Shown piece by piece: positions 26,034 to 35,087 of a stretch of 64,000 nt of DNA. The notes under the pieces were generated by a model, which searched no databases, was not told the DNA's origin, and worked only from the letters and a program-made list of their open reading frames with translations. Source of the DNA: a virus. The DNA is taken from the IMG/VR virus record IMGVR_UViG_3300042317_001497, one strand, 5' to 3'. A program made the translations under genes and the position numbers. How positions within the stretch are numbered: position 1 is the stretch's first letter; each line of letters begins with the position of its first letter.

Positions 26034-26906
26034 ATGGCTGTTCCGTTTATGTTTGTGGATGGTAATTTGACACTGGTTCTAAATAACCAGAGTTATCAGG
26101 TGTTGCCGGATCATATCAACTATAAGTTGATTCTGGAAAAACTTCCCTCTGCTACAGCAGAGGAACTGTTGGAGGTTGTTGATGTTCAAAAAGCCGTTGC
26201 TACTTTTAGTGATGGTCTTGTGGAGATCAAGAATGGTCAGGTCACTTATGAAGGTGAGCCTGTTCATGGATCAATTAGCAAAAGAATTCTAGAGTTTATG
26301 AGCAAGGGACTACCGTTCCAACCGCTCGTTAATTTCCTGAATAATATTATGGAAAATCCCAGTATGCAGAGTCAAAAGGAACTTTATGATTTCCTTGAAC
26401 ATGAGCATCTGCCAATTACTGAGGATGGTCACTTTCTGGCTTATAAGGCAGTAAGGAGTGATTATAAGGATAAGTATCGTGGGGTTTTTGATAATCGCGT
26501 TGGTCAGATTTGCACTATGCAAAGAGCAAAGGTTGATGATAATCGTGCTAGGGGCTGTTCTGATGGGCTTCATGCTGGTGCATTGAACTACGTTGCTGGT
26601 TATGGCAGCCTAGAATCTGGTGATAGGATTGTGATTGTTAAGATTAATCCGAAAGATGTTGTGAGTGTTCCAAGCGATTGCAACTGCGAAAAGCTTCGCA
26701 CATGCCGATATGAAGTTGTTGGAGAATATGAGGGTGAACTTCTAAAGCCCCTGTATTCTGCTGATTTTAGTCAGGATGACTATGAGGATGAGGACGAAGA
26801 TTATACCAATGAAGAAGGGTATTGGGATCAGTTTGATGAGGATGAGGAAGAGGAAGAATATGAAGAAGATGATCTTGATGAGGATGATTGGAATAATCAG
26901 TACTAA
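26034..26906 (+). CDS. rIIB: rIIB-like protein with an acidic C-terminal tail
   Basis: ITEDGHFLAYKAV, CSDGLHAG, VKINPKDVVSVP, KLRTCRYEVV. Confidence 0.9.
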   Translation: MAVPFMFVDGNLTLVLNNQSYQVLPDHINYKLILEKLPSATAEELLEVVDVQKAVATFSDGLVEIKNGQVTYEGEPVHGSISKRILEFMSKGLPFQPLVNFLNNIMENPSMQSQKELYDFLEHEHLPITEDGHFLAYKAVRSDYKDKYRGVFDNRVGQICTMQRAKVDDNRARGCSDGLHAGALNYVAGYGSLESGDRIVIVKINPKDVVSVPSDCNCEKLRTCRYEVVGEYEGELLKPLYSADFSQDDYEDEDEDYTNEEGYWDQFDEDEEEEEYEEDDLDEDDWNNQY

Positions 26907-26917
26907 GAGATAGTCAA

Positions 26918-27001
26918 AAGGTGGAGTCTGGTGACTAAAGATATTAGCCTCTAGCTATAAAGCATACGCTAATTGAGAGGGTTCGATTCCCTCCCACATT
27001 T
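26918..27001 (+). ncRNA. tRNA-like structured element (non-canonical)
   Basis: perfect T-arm GAGGG-TTCGATT-CCCTC, acceptor-like AAGGTGG/CCACATT (one mismatch), AGTC/GACT hairpin, ATTAGC/GCTAAT stem in place of an anticodon arm. Confidence 0.45.
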
Positions 27002-27082
27002 TTAGAGATATTGCTTTTGATAGTAGTGTTTGCTATCCCAATATCAAAATATTTGGTGGGAAGTAGTAAAAGAGGAAAACAA

Positions 27083-28222
27083 ATGTTTAGCGATACTTTG
27101 GCTTTTAATCCGTTCGATAAGAATCACAGTGCAATTGGAACAAGAGATCAAATTACTTTGCGAAATAAGTTTTTTGATTCTTTTGGTGGTCAGCAGATTT
27201 TCTGTTACAACGGTGATCCTCGTAAGAAGATCAGTAGTATGAATCATACAGATCATCTTACAACTGTTGCTATTGCCAACGATAGTCAAGGTGCTGATGC
27301 TTACTTCTATGTTAATGGTGGACGTAAGCAGTATGCTATTAGTAGAATTCGTGCTTGTTTTGTCGATATGGATGCTGGTCGAGATGATCAAGGTCGTTAT
27401 TTTAAGCCCAGTATCGTTATGCAGAAGAAAAAGGAATTCTTGGATCAGATCAATAACTTTCCAGTAAAGCCAAGCTGGGTTGTTGATACTCGTAATGGCT
27501 ATCAATGCTATTGGATTCTAAACCAAAACAATACGAATCCTCACAAGACTTACTGGAATGGTATCCAGAAGAAACTTGTAAACCATTTTGGTGGTGATGC
27601 CAGAGCTATTAAAATCAATCAGATTTATAGGATCCCTTATACTTGGTGGAGGAAGGGTTGGGAAGGAAAGCAGCCTTATTTTACCAGTATTTTATCGGGA
27701 TCAACTGGTAATTGGGTTAATATTGAACAGCTTAAAGAGGCTCTTGATGGAGTGTCTGCTGTTGTTAATGTTGTTGCAAATAAGACTAGCGACGAATGGT
27801 TTAAAGAATATGCTAAGGCTTATAAGAGGTCTGACGTTACTGGAGTTCCAGTATCGTTTAATGTTGCAACAAACATTCAGAATCAGATGAAAGCTTTGAG
27901 TCCTGAGACATATACAAATAGCACAGAAAATATCAAACCGATTTATGGGTATGCTAGTGGTAGTGTCTTTCAAAAAGCTTATGGTGATCCCATGCCAGTA
28001 TCTCCTGCGACTGAGGACGATACAGATGCTCTCCAGACGCTTCCAAATGATGCTGGTGACGAGGATATAAGTCTCGACGGTCAGCAGATCAAACTTTTAA
28101 AAACGGTGGTGGAGTTCCTAAATCAAGTGAGTACCCCGCTATATTTTAGCGGAAACAGATTCCTATCCGGTGCTGCTAAAGAACTAGCTAATGAACTTAG
28201 TGATAAGTTTTGTATAGGATAA
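27083..28222 (+). CDS. RepB-like DNA primase (AEP superfamily) domain protein
   Basis: FVDMD, PSWVVDTRNGYQCYW, GGD...IYRIP; GAGG RBS before ATG 27083. Confidence 0.75.
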   Translation: MFSDTLAFNPFDKNHSAIGTRDQITLRNKFFDSFGGQQIFCYNGDPRKKISSMNHTDHLTTVAIANDSQGADAYFYVNGGRKQYAISRIRACFVDMDAGRDDQGRYFKPSIVMQKKKEFLDQINNFPVKPSWVVDTRNGYQCYWILNQNNTNPHKTYWNGIQKKLVNHFGGDARAIKINQIYRIPYTWWRKGWEGKQPYFTSILSGSTGNWVNIEQLKEALDGVSAVVNVVANKTSDEWFKEYAKAYKRSDVTGVPVSFNVATNIQNQMKALSPETYTNSTENIKPIYGYASGSVFQKAYGDPMPVSPATEDDTDALQTLPNDAGDEDISLDGQQIKLLKTVVEFLNQVSTPLYFSGNRFLSGAAKELANELSDKFCIG

Positions 28223-28224
28223 AA

Positions 28225-28662
28225 ATGAACGAAGAACATGATGACAACTATGATGATAGTCATGACTATGATGATAGTCAGGATAATTTAGAGAACAAGT
28301 ATAAACATTACTTTAAGTTTGATCCAGAAGCATGGGACTCTTGGGGTAAAATGTTACAAGACGCTCTAAATGATATAGTTGAAAGTTCTCCAAATGTATG
28401 GTATGTTGGTGGTTTCGGCATCCCGCCTGCCTCTGGTTTTCCAAGCAAGTCGATTCCTGTGAATAGTTACTTCTCCAATACTGGCAAGGGTAATTCCTTC
28501 CAGTATTTGGGGAATAACTATGATAATGTTAAAGTATGGAAGAAAAAATATTTTATACACGATAAGACTCAACACGATTATATTAATCATATAGTCTCTA
28601 ATTCTGTATATTTTTTAAAACAACCACACTACTACAAAGGAATGTTTGATATTTTAAATTAA
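28225..28662 (+). CDS. hypothetical protein
   Basis: acidic N-terminus, probable start 28225. Confidence 0.65.
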   Translation: MNEEHDDNYDDSHDYDDSQDNLENKYKHYFKFDPEAWDSWGKMLQDALNDIVESSPNVWYVGGFGIPPASGFPSKSIPVNSYFSNTGKGNSFQYLGNNYDNVKVWKKKYFIHDKTQHDYINHIVSNSVYFLKQPHYYKGMFDILN

Positions 28663-28672
28663 CATTATACAT

Positions 28673-29104
28673 ATGGAAAACAAAGAATGGTATATTATAA
28701 GAAATTTGCCAGAATTTATAGACCATGCTAGAAGATTGGTGTTTAAGTTTTTTGGTCAAGTTAATGAGGACTCAAATGATAGCTTAACAGCAATGTTATC
28801 TTCATTATCTATGGACGAAGAAAAAGAACTAGATTCTACTCTTTCTTTTGCCGAATGTGAAAATATTGCAAAACAATTTTTGAAGAAAAAAAATAATAAA
28901 AAAACCAAGACTATATCATATTATATTAATGATAGTATCTTAATGAAGATGTTGGAGTCGTTCAATAATAGAATGATTAGCAATATACTAAATAAGCTTG
29001 TTAATAACGGTCTATTGGAAAGTGCTTTTGATGAAGAAAACAATGATTTTATTTTTTGGGTAAAAGATGATGAAAACAAAAAAGAAACTCCAGAAACCGA
29101 TTGA
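28673..29104 (+). CDS. hypothetical protein, paralogue of 13159..13572
   Basis: shared N-terminal Y.I..L...R pattern and C-terminal KL..G..E.A(F/W)D...FW. Confidence 0.7.
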   Translation: MENKEWYIIRNLPEFIDHARRLVFKFFGQVNEDSNDSLTAMLSSLSMDEEKELDSTLSFAECENIAKQFLKKKNNKKTKTISYYINDSILMKMLESFNNRMISNILNKLVNNGLLESAFDEENNDFIFWVKDDENKKETPETD

Positions 29105-29459
29105 TCAAGAGATTAATCTTAAATATAGATGTTCTCAGTGTAACCAAGACCATTGGTTATCTTGGAGACAAGCTGCTACTATTAACTTTAAGGTAGTCTG
29201 CGACTGTGGAGAAGTTTTTAAAGTTAAAAGAGTAACAGACTTTAAAATCAATTATCTTAAAAAAGTACTAGCAATAGAGCCACCTAAAGAACACCATAAA
29301 ATCTCGAATGATCTTTTAGAAAAAGCTACTAAACTATTAATAGGATATGGATTTACTAAGATAGAAGCTATTGAATTAGTAAATAAATCTTATGAAGAAA
29401 ATAGGGTCGATGATTATGTTATTTTGGTTAAACAAACTTTGGAGTCCATCAGGAATTAA
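29067..29459 (+). CDS. zinc ribbon fused to a RuvA domain III-like module
   Basis: CSQC...CDC ribbon; C-terminal ATKLLIGYGFTKIEAIELVNKS..DYVILVKQTL resembles the RuvA C-terminal domain; directly upstream of ruvB. Confidence 0.7.
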   Translation: MMKTKKKLQKPIDQEINLKYRCSQCNQDHWLSWRQAATINFKVVCDCGEVFKVKRVTDFKINYLKKVLAIEPPKEHHKISNDLLEKATKLLIGYGFTKIEAIELVNKSYEENRVDDYVILVKQTLESIRN

Positions 29460-29461
29460 TT

Positions 29462-30364
29462 ATGTCAAATAATATTATGCGTCCTTCTAGATTAAATGAT
29501 ATTGTGGGTCAGTCAGATGTAGTAACCAGATTGCAGATTCTGGTGCATGGGTGTTTAAACTCTGAGAGTGTGATGCCTCACGTTTTAATAGACGGTCCCC
29601 CAGGCTTAGGAAAGACCACTATCGCTAGTTCTATTGCTAACGAACTTGGTGTTAATCTATATACAGCCAATGCTGCGAATATTCGTAGTGTTAAAAATAT
29701 TATTCCTTATCTAATGGGCATAGCTCCAAGGTCTGTATTATTTATTGATGAGATTCATAGACTTCCAAAAATTGTAGAAGAATTTTTATATCCAGTAATG
29801 GAGGATTTTGTTCTGAATATATCTGTAGAAGATCAGCCAGAAAAAATAGATTTGCCTCTTTTTTGTATAGTGGGTGCGACTACTAGCGGAGGAAGTCTAA
29901 GTCAGCCTTTCTATGATAGGTTTATTATTAAAGAACATCTATCTTTTTATTCTCCAGATGAACTAGCTAAACTAGCAGGGTCGAACTCTAGAAAGCTTGG
30001 ACTAACAATATCAGATGACCATCTATTAGAGATAGCTAAAAGAAGCAAGGGAACTCCTCGTATATTAAATGCAAGGCTACAATGGTATAAAAGCTATGTT
30101 TCTTTCTATAAAGATAAAGATATATCGGATATAAATGAAATTTTTAGTAGTCAGGGTATTGATCATAGAGGTCTAGATGTGTATGATAGGTTATATTTAG
30201 AGATTTTGCAAAAGTCTAAAGGCAATCCTATGGGATTAAAGGCAATATCCTCTTTAACCGGGATTGCTATTGATACTATAGAAAATAGTATTGAGCCTTT
30301 CTTAGTAAGAGAAGGTTATGTTAGTAGAACCCCAAAGGGTAGAACAATCGGAAACAGATTATGA
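29462..30364 (+). CDS. ruvB: Holliday junction branch-migration ATPase RuvB
   Basis: RPSRLNDIVGQ, GPPGLGKT, LFIDEIHRL, VGATT, KGTPR, IEPFL..RTPKGR. Confidence 0.95.
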   Translation: MSNNIMRPSRLNDIVGQSDVVTRLQILVHGCLNSESVMPHVLIDGPPGLGKTTIASSIANELGVNLYTANAANIRSVKNIIPYLMGIAPRSVLFIDEIHRLPKIVEEFLYPVMEDFVLNISVEDQPEKIDLPLFCIVGATTSGGSLSQPFYDRFIIKEHLSFYSPDELAKLAGSNSRKLGLTISDDHLLEIAKRSKGTPRILNARLQWYKSYVSFYKDKDISDINEIFSSQGIDHRGLDVYDRLYLEILQKSKGNPMGLKAISSLTGIAIDTIENSIEPFLVREGYVSRTPKGRTIGNRL

Positions 30365-30681
30365 CAATAGATATAAATACTAACATATATACTATAGTAT
30401 TATTTTCAAGCACACTCCTAGTAATAGGGGTGTGTTTGTTTTTTATAGGCTATCTAATAGGTCAAAAACGAAATGAGAGTGGTGTATTAAATAGTAGGCC
30501 AAAAAGCTTTTTTGATCAAAATAAAAATATAGTTAATTCTATATCTATAGATGATAAAAAATATGTAGGAGATATAAAAACTTCTGGATTAGAAAGAAAA
30601 TATAATAGTCTGGGGGATACCAAGACCTCTCAAGAAAATATATCGTCTTCTATAGATAAATTAAAAAATATGAAAGGATAA
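30361..30681 (+). CDS. single-pass membrane protein
   Basis: N-terminal TM helix and a soluble tail; translationally coupled to the actin-like gene. Confidence 0.7.
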   Translation: MTIDINTNIYTIVLFSSTLLVIGVCLFFIGYLIGQKRNESGVLNSRPKSFFDQNKNIVNSISIDDKKYVGDIKTSGLERKYNSLGDTKTSQENISSSIDKLKNMKG

Positions 30682-30684
30682 ATT

Positions 30685-31692
30685 ATGTCAACAGTAGGTT
30701 TAGATGTTGGTACAAGTTTTATTGTTCTATCCAAGGAAACCAATAATAGCATTGAATATAAAGAATTCAGGGATGCTTTTTATATTATTAAACCAACAAC
30801 TCCTGTGGCAACAAAAATGATTGAGAAAGGGTTGGCTGGTAAAGTTTTTATTAAAGATGAAGATGGATCATTTATTCTTTTAGGCAAAGACGCTATAGAA
30901 AAAGCTATAGAAAGAAATGATACAGCAAAAAGGCCCATGTATAAAGGTGTTGTATCGTCTAAAGAAAAAGATGCTAAAAGAATATTAGCTTTTATATTAC
31001 AAGAAGTAGTCGGACAATCTGATAGGCCCGGTGAAAAACTAGTATTTTGTGTACCTGCTCAACCAGTAGATCAAGAGGATGAAGATTTTGATGTTGGATA
31101 TCATGAAGATGTAGTTAAAACCATACTCAGTGAAGTAGGGTATGATGCTAAATCTATTAATGAAGCAGAAGCTTTATGTTATGCTGAATTAGAAAATGAA
31201 GACTATACAGGTATCGGTGTTAGCTGCGGAGCCGGTATGACAAATGTTTGTGTTATGTTAAACGGTGAGCCTACAGTGGTTTTTAGCACAACCAAAAGTG
31301 GTGACTGGATTGATCGTATGAGCGCCGTAGCGACCGGAGAACCGGATAGTGTTGTTCAGGCAGAGAAAGAGGCAGGTGGTTTTAAAATCGGGGAACATAG
31401 CGATAATCCTGTTTTAGCTGCTGTATCCTCATATTATGAAAGATTAATAGACTATACAACTAAACAATTATCTTTTGCTTTAACAAATCATAAGTCTCTA
31501 CCGAAATTTAAAAACCCATTAACTATTGTTGTAGCCGGGGGAACATCACAAGCAGATGGTTATATAGAAATTTTTACTAAAAAATTAATAGAAAATAATT
31601 TTCCATTACCGATCAAAGTAGTCAAGCAATCATCAGACCCCTTACACTCAGTAGCCAAAGGCTGTTTAATAGCAGCTAAAGTATTGCTATGA
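30685..31692 (+). CDS. actin-like ATPase (ASKHA: MreB/FtsA/ParM-like)
   Basis: phosphate-1 VGLDVGTS, connect-1 INEAEA, phosphate-2 GVSCGAGMT, adenosine VVAGGTS, connect-2 SVAKG. Confidence 0.85.
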   Translation: MSTVGLDVGTSFIVLSKETNNSIEYKEFRDAFYIIKPTTPVATKMIEKGLAGKVFIKDEDGSFILLGKDAIEKAIERNDTAKRPMYKGVVSSKEKDAKRILAFILQEVVGQSDRPGEKLVFCVPAQPVDQEDEDFDVGYHEDVVKTILSEVGYDAKSINEAEALCYAELENEDYTGIGVSCGAGMTNVCVMLNGEPTVVFSTTKSGDWIDRMSAVATGEPDSVVQAEKEAGGFKIGEHSDNPVLAAVSSYYERLIDYTTKQLSFALTNHKSLPKFKNPLTIVVAGGTSQADGYIEIFTKKLIENNFPLPIKVVKQSSDPLHSVAKGCLIAAKVLL

Positions 31693-31997
31693 TTTTCAAT
31701 TTATTTAAAAAAATAAGATATGCAACAAGATCTCCTAAATGGAATTCGGTAAGAAAAAAACATCTTGAAAATAACCCTAAATGTGCAGCTTGTGGAAAAG
31801 ATAAAAAACTAGAAGTACATCATATTAAACCGGTACATAAGTATCCAGATCTAGAACTTGATCCATCAAATCTTATGACTTTGTGTGCTGATCCATGTCA
31901 TCTAGTATTTGGTCATTTAATGGACTTCAAAAGCTGGAATATATTTGTTATAGAAGATACTGAGGTGTATAGTACTAGGATAGTATCAAGACCCTAA
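31689..31997 (+). CDS. HNH endonuclease
   Basis: CAACG...LEVHHIKP...NLMTLC..CHLVFGH. Confidence 0.85.
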   Translation: MIFNLFKKIRYATRSPKWNSVRKKHLENNPKCAACGKDKKLEVHHIKPVHKYPDLELDPSNLMTLCADPCHLVFGHLMDFKSWNIFVIEDTEVYSTRIVSRP

Positions 31998-32029
31998 ATA
32001 ACTCATTGCTTTCATTGGAGGGCATATAA

Positions 32030-32788
32030 ATGAGATATCTTTTAGTATTAATAATAGCTTTTTTTTGTTTATTATCTTGCCCTCTTTCTATAGCTGGTAC
32101 TATAGATCCTGATACTCCAGATGAAAAATATGTCGAATTTGGTAACCAATTCCCATTTGTTTTAAAGCTATGCGGAAAATATGCAGATGGGGGTCTTTTT
32201 TGCGCTTCTTGCGTTGTTATAGACCCTCATTGGATTTTAACGGCTGCTCATGTAGTCAATGGATATAGTATTTGCTATGTTCATAAAAATGAAGAAATAG
32301 TCTTTATAGATAAAATTATTATACATGATAGCTATGAAGTATCTAGTTTTGGTCGTGATGATATTGCTTTAGGATACCTTAAAAAAGATATAAAATTAGA
32401 ATTCTATCCCTCTTTATATAATGAAAATGATGAAGAGGGTAAAACTTGTACTATCAGTGGATTTGGTTTAACCGGAACATTCAATACTGGAATTAAATTT
32501 TCAGATAATAGGAGAAGAGCCGGATCTAATATAGTTGATAAGATAGATAGAAATTTATTGGTCTGTACTCCGTCTTATAGAAAAGATAAAATAACCGCTT
32601 TAGAATTTCTTATAGGGAGTGGAGATAGTGGGGGTGGTCTTTTTATAGGAAATAAATTAGCTGGTATTAACTCGTGTATTATGTCTGAAGATAAAAAAAC
32701 AGATTCTAGTTATAGTGACGAGTCAGGACATACAAGAATTAGTGTATATACTGACTGGATAAAGTCAAATATGATTGTAGAGAAATAA
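32030..32788 (+). CDS. trypsin-like (S1) serine protease with signal peptide
   Basis: LTAAHV, DDIAL, GDSGGG triad motifs; hydrophobic N-terminus. Confidence 0.92.
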   Translation: MRYLLVLIIAFFCLLSCPLSIAGTIDPDTPDEKYVEFGNQFPFVLKLCGKYADGGLFCASCVVIDPHWILTAAHVVNGYSICYVHKNEEIVFIDKIIIHDSYEVSSFGRDDIALGYLKKDIKLEFYPSLYNENDEEGKTCTISGFGLTGTFNTGIKFSDNRRRAGSNIVDKIDRNLLVCTPSYRKDKITALEFLIGSGDSGGGLFIGNKLAGINSCIMSEDKKTDSSYSDESGHTRISVYTDWIKSNMIVEK

Positions 32789-33702
32789 TGAAAAGAAAAA
32801 ATAATATTAAATTATTGCCATATATTAGAGAAGATATTTATGGGTCGGTTGATAAAGAACAACATTATGGTTGGGAAATTAATAAATTTGATATTAGGAA
32901 TCAATGGAATTATTCAACTGGTAGGGGTGTGGTGGTAGCTGTTATAGATACTGGATGCGATTTTAATCATATTGATATTAAAGACAATATAATACAAGGA
33001 AAAAACTTTGTTGAGATTAATAAAGATCCTATGGATTTTAATGGACATGGAACCCATGTGGCCGGAACCATAGCCGCAATAAATAATGGTAAAGGAATAG
33101 TTGGTGTTGCTCCAGAATCAAAGATAATGCCAGTCAAAGCTTTGGATAATAGTGGGTCTGGTAGCTCAGATAATATAGTCAAAGCTATTATCTGGTCAGC
33201 AGATAATAAAGCTGATATTATTACTATGTCTTTGGGTAGTCCAGTCCCATCTAAAGCTATTGAAAATGCAATTAACTATGCAGCATCAAAAGGTACTATT
33301 ATTTTTTGTGCGGCTGGTAATGCAGGGGAAGCTACTGATGTTATGTATCCTGCAAAATTTAATAATACTATAGCTATCGGAGCAATAGACGAGAATCTAA
33401 ATAGAACTAGTTTTACATGTAGTGGGGATACATTAGATTTTTTAGCGCCAGGACATAATATTATTAGTTGTGTACCAAATAATGGATATGCCTCTATGAG
33501 TGGAACGAGTATGAGTAATCCATTTGCTGTTGGTTGTGCTTCTCTATTATTGAGTTATAACAAAAAAATCAAGAAATATGAATTAAATAATACTAAAAAT
33601 TATATAGATATATTTAAATCTAAATCCAAACCACTAGCAAATCCCAAATACTCTGGTATTCATAGATATGAAGGATATGGTATTATGTATCCTATTTTTT
33701 AG
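32788..33702 (+). CDS. subtilisin-like (S8) serine protease
   Basis: VAVIDTG, HGTHVAG, AAGN, SGTSMS motifs. Confidence 0.95.
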   Translation: MKRKNNIKLLPYIREDIYGSVDKEQHYGWEINKFDIRNQWNYSTGRGVVVAVIDTGCDFNHIDIKDNIIQGKNFVEINKDPMDFNGHGTHVAGTIAAINNGKGIVGVAPESKIMPVKALDNSGSGSSDNIVKAIIWSADNKADIITMSLGSPVPSKAIENAINYAASKGTIIFCAAGNAGEATDVMYPAKFNNTIAIGAIDENLNRTSFTCSGDTLDFLAPGHNIISCVPNNGYASMSGTSMSNPFAVGCASLLLSYNKKIKKYELNNTKNYIDIFKSKSKPLANPKYSGIHRYEGYGIMYPIF

Positions 33703-35087
33703 TTAATCCACTCTACTTCTGTTCCGAAAGATTTAATCTGTTCTGTTATGTTAGTGGCTTCTTTTTTATATTGCGACATATGAAGACCGTGCCATTCTAT
33801 CCATATCTTTTTTATGTTGCTGCTCCATTTATTTTTTAATAATACAGATTTTAATACTTCATACTCTGACCATTCAATATCTATTTTTAGATATATATTT
33901 TGAGAACCGTCAAACATACTAAGTAAATCTGTTATATCTATAGATTCTACTATTTCTGAGGAGAAATAATCTGTATATCCCTTGCCTTCGCAGGTCTCCT
34001 CTAATAAAGACCCCTGATTTTTACCATCTTCACCATGCATATTAAATATTACCCTGCCAGTTCTTTTCCATATTGCTTTTTTATATAAATATATATTTAA
34101 ATGATTTAGTTGTTCCACAAATAATTTTGTATTAACCTTGGGATTAGGTTCGAAACAGTAAATATCCCAGCTCTCATCAATATTTAATCTGTCTATAAAT
34201 TTTCTTAAACCTTGACACTCATGTGTACCAAGATCTATAAAGATATTTTTAGTATCGTTTCTATTTTGAAATAAGTTACTGCTATCCTCTTTAAAGATTT
34301 TGAAATATGTTCTCCAATCACATTTAATTAAATTATATTGAGATTTCTTTTTTAAATAAGTAATGTCTAGAATTTTTTCATCGCTACCTATAAACTTTTG
34401 GTCTATGCACTGTTCTATAGTCTCATGAAATTCTTTGGCAAAAGAGTCAATAATATTTGAAGGTACAAAAAATGCTGTTCCTTGTATGAACCTTATTTGT
34501 GATAGAGCGTGGTATTCGTTATTTGGTATTATAATATTTTTACTATGACTGAAAAAAGTAATATTAGCATTATTTAATTCATTAACTTTAGAGAGAGAAG
34601 GCCATGTTTGCCTACTGTATTCTGATATATTATTTCTTAATCCCCCAGCATCGGCCCATATTAGTAAATCATTATCAAAATAATTTTTGTGATGAGCATC
34701 CTGTAAAAAACTTAATTTATTAAACATAATAATATTATACAGAGGCTTGCTCATTTCTGGTACAAATCTATCTGTTTTAGATACAAAGTCATCAGAAAAC
34801 ATTAATGAATTAAGCTTTTTATAATATTTTTGATAGCATTCAAGTTCTTCTAGTGGAATAGTGATTAACTTAGTCCGATCAAAAGAAGGGTCAAATTCTT
34901 TTCTAAAATTTTCTATTTTATTTTTAAATTTTTCTTCAGTATATATAACTATATTAGCATCTAAAGATAGTGTATTTTTCATCCAGAATAAATAAGTATT
35001 ATATGCTAAATTATAAGCATCCCATGAATCTCTGCCAATATCATATAAAGCAGTTATTATTACTGGATTTTTTATAACCATTCCCAT
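33699..35087 (-). CDS. HtrL/YibB (WlaTC)-like glycosyltransferase fused to an FkbM-like methyltransferase
   Basis: ITALYDIGR, KLSFL, WADAG N-terminal part; C-terminal FIDLG, YCFEPN, LKIDIEWSE. Confidence 0.75.
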   Translation of the reverse strand: MGMVIKNPVIITALYDIGRDSWDAYNLAYNTYLFWMKNTLSLDANIVIYTEEKFKNKIENFRKEFDPSFDRTKLITIPLEELECYQKYYKKLNSLMFSDDFVSKTDRFVPEMSKPLYNIIMFNKLSFLQDAHHKNYFDNDLLIWADAGGLRNNISEYSRQTWPSLSKVNELNNANITFFSHSKNIIIPNNEYHALSQIRFIQGTAFFVPSNIIDSFAKEFHETIEQCIDQKFIGSDEKILDITYLKKKSQYNLIKCDWRTYFKIFKEDSSNLFQNRNDTKNIFIDLGTHECQGLRKFIDRLNIDESWDIYCFEPNPKVNTKLFVEQLNHLNIYLYKKAIWKRTGRVIFNMHGEDGKNQGSLLEETCEGKGYTDYFSSEIVESIDITDLLSMFDGSQNIYLKIDIEWSEYEVLKSVLLKNKWSSNIKKIWIEWHGLHMSQYKKEATNITEQIKSFGTEVEWIN

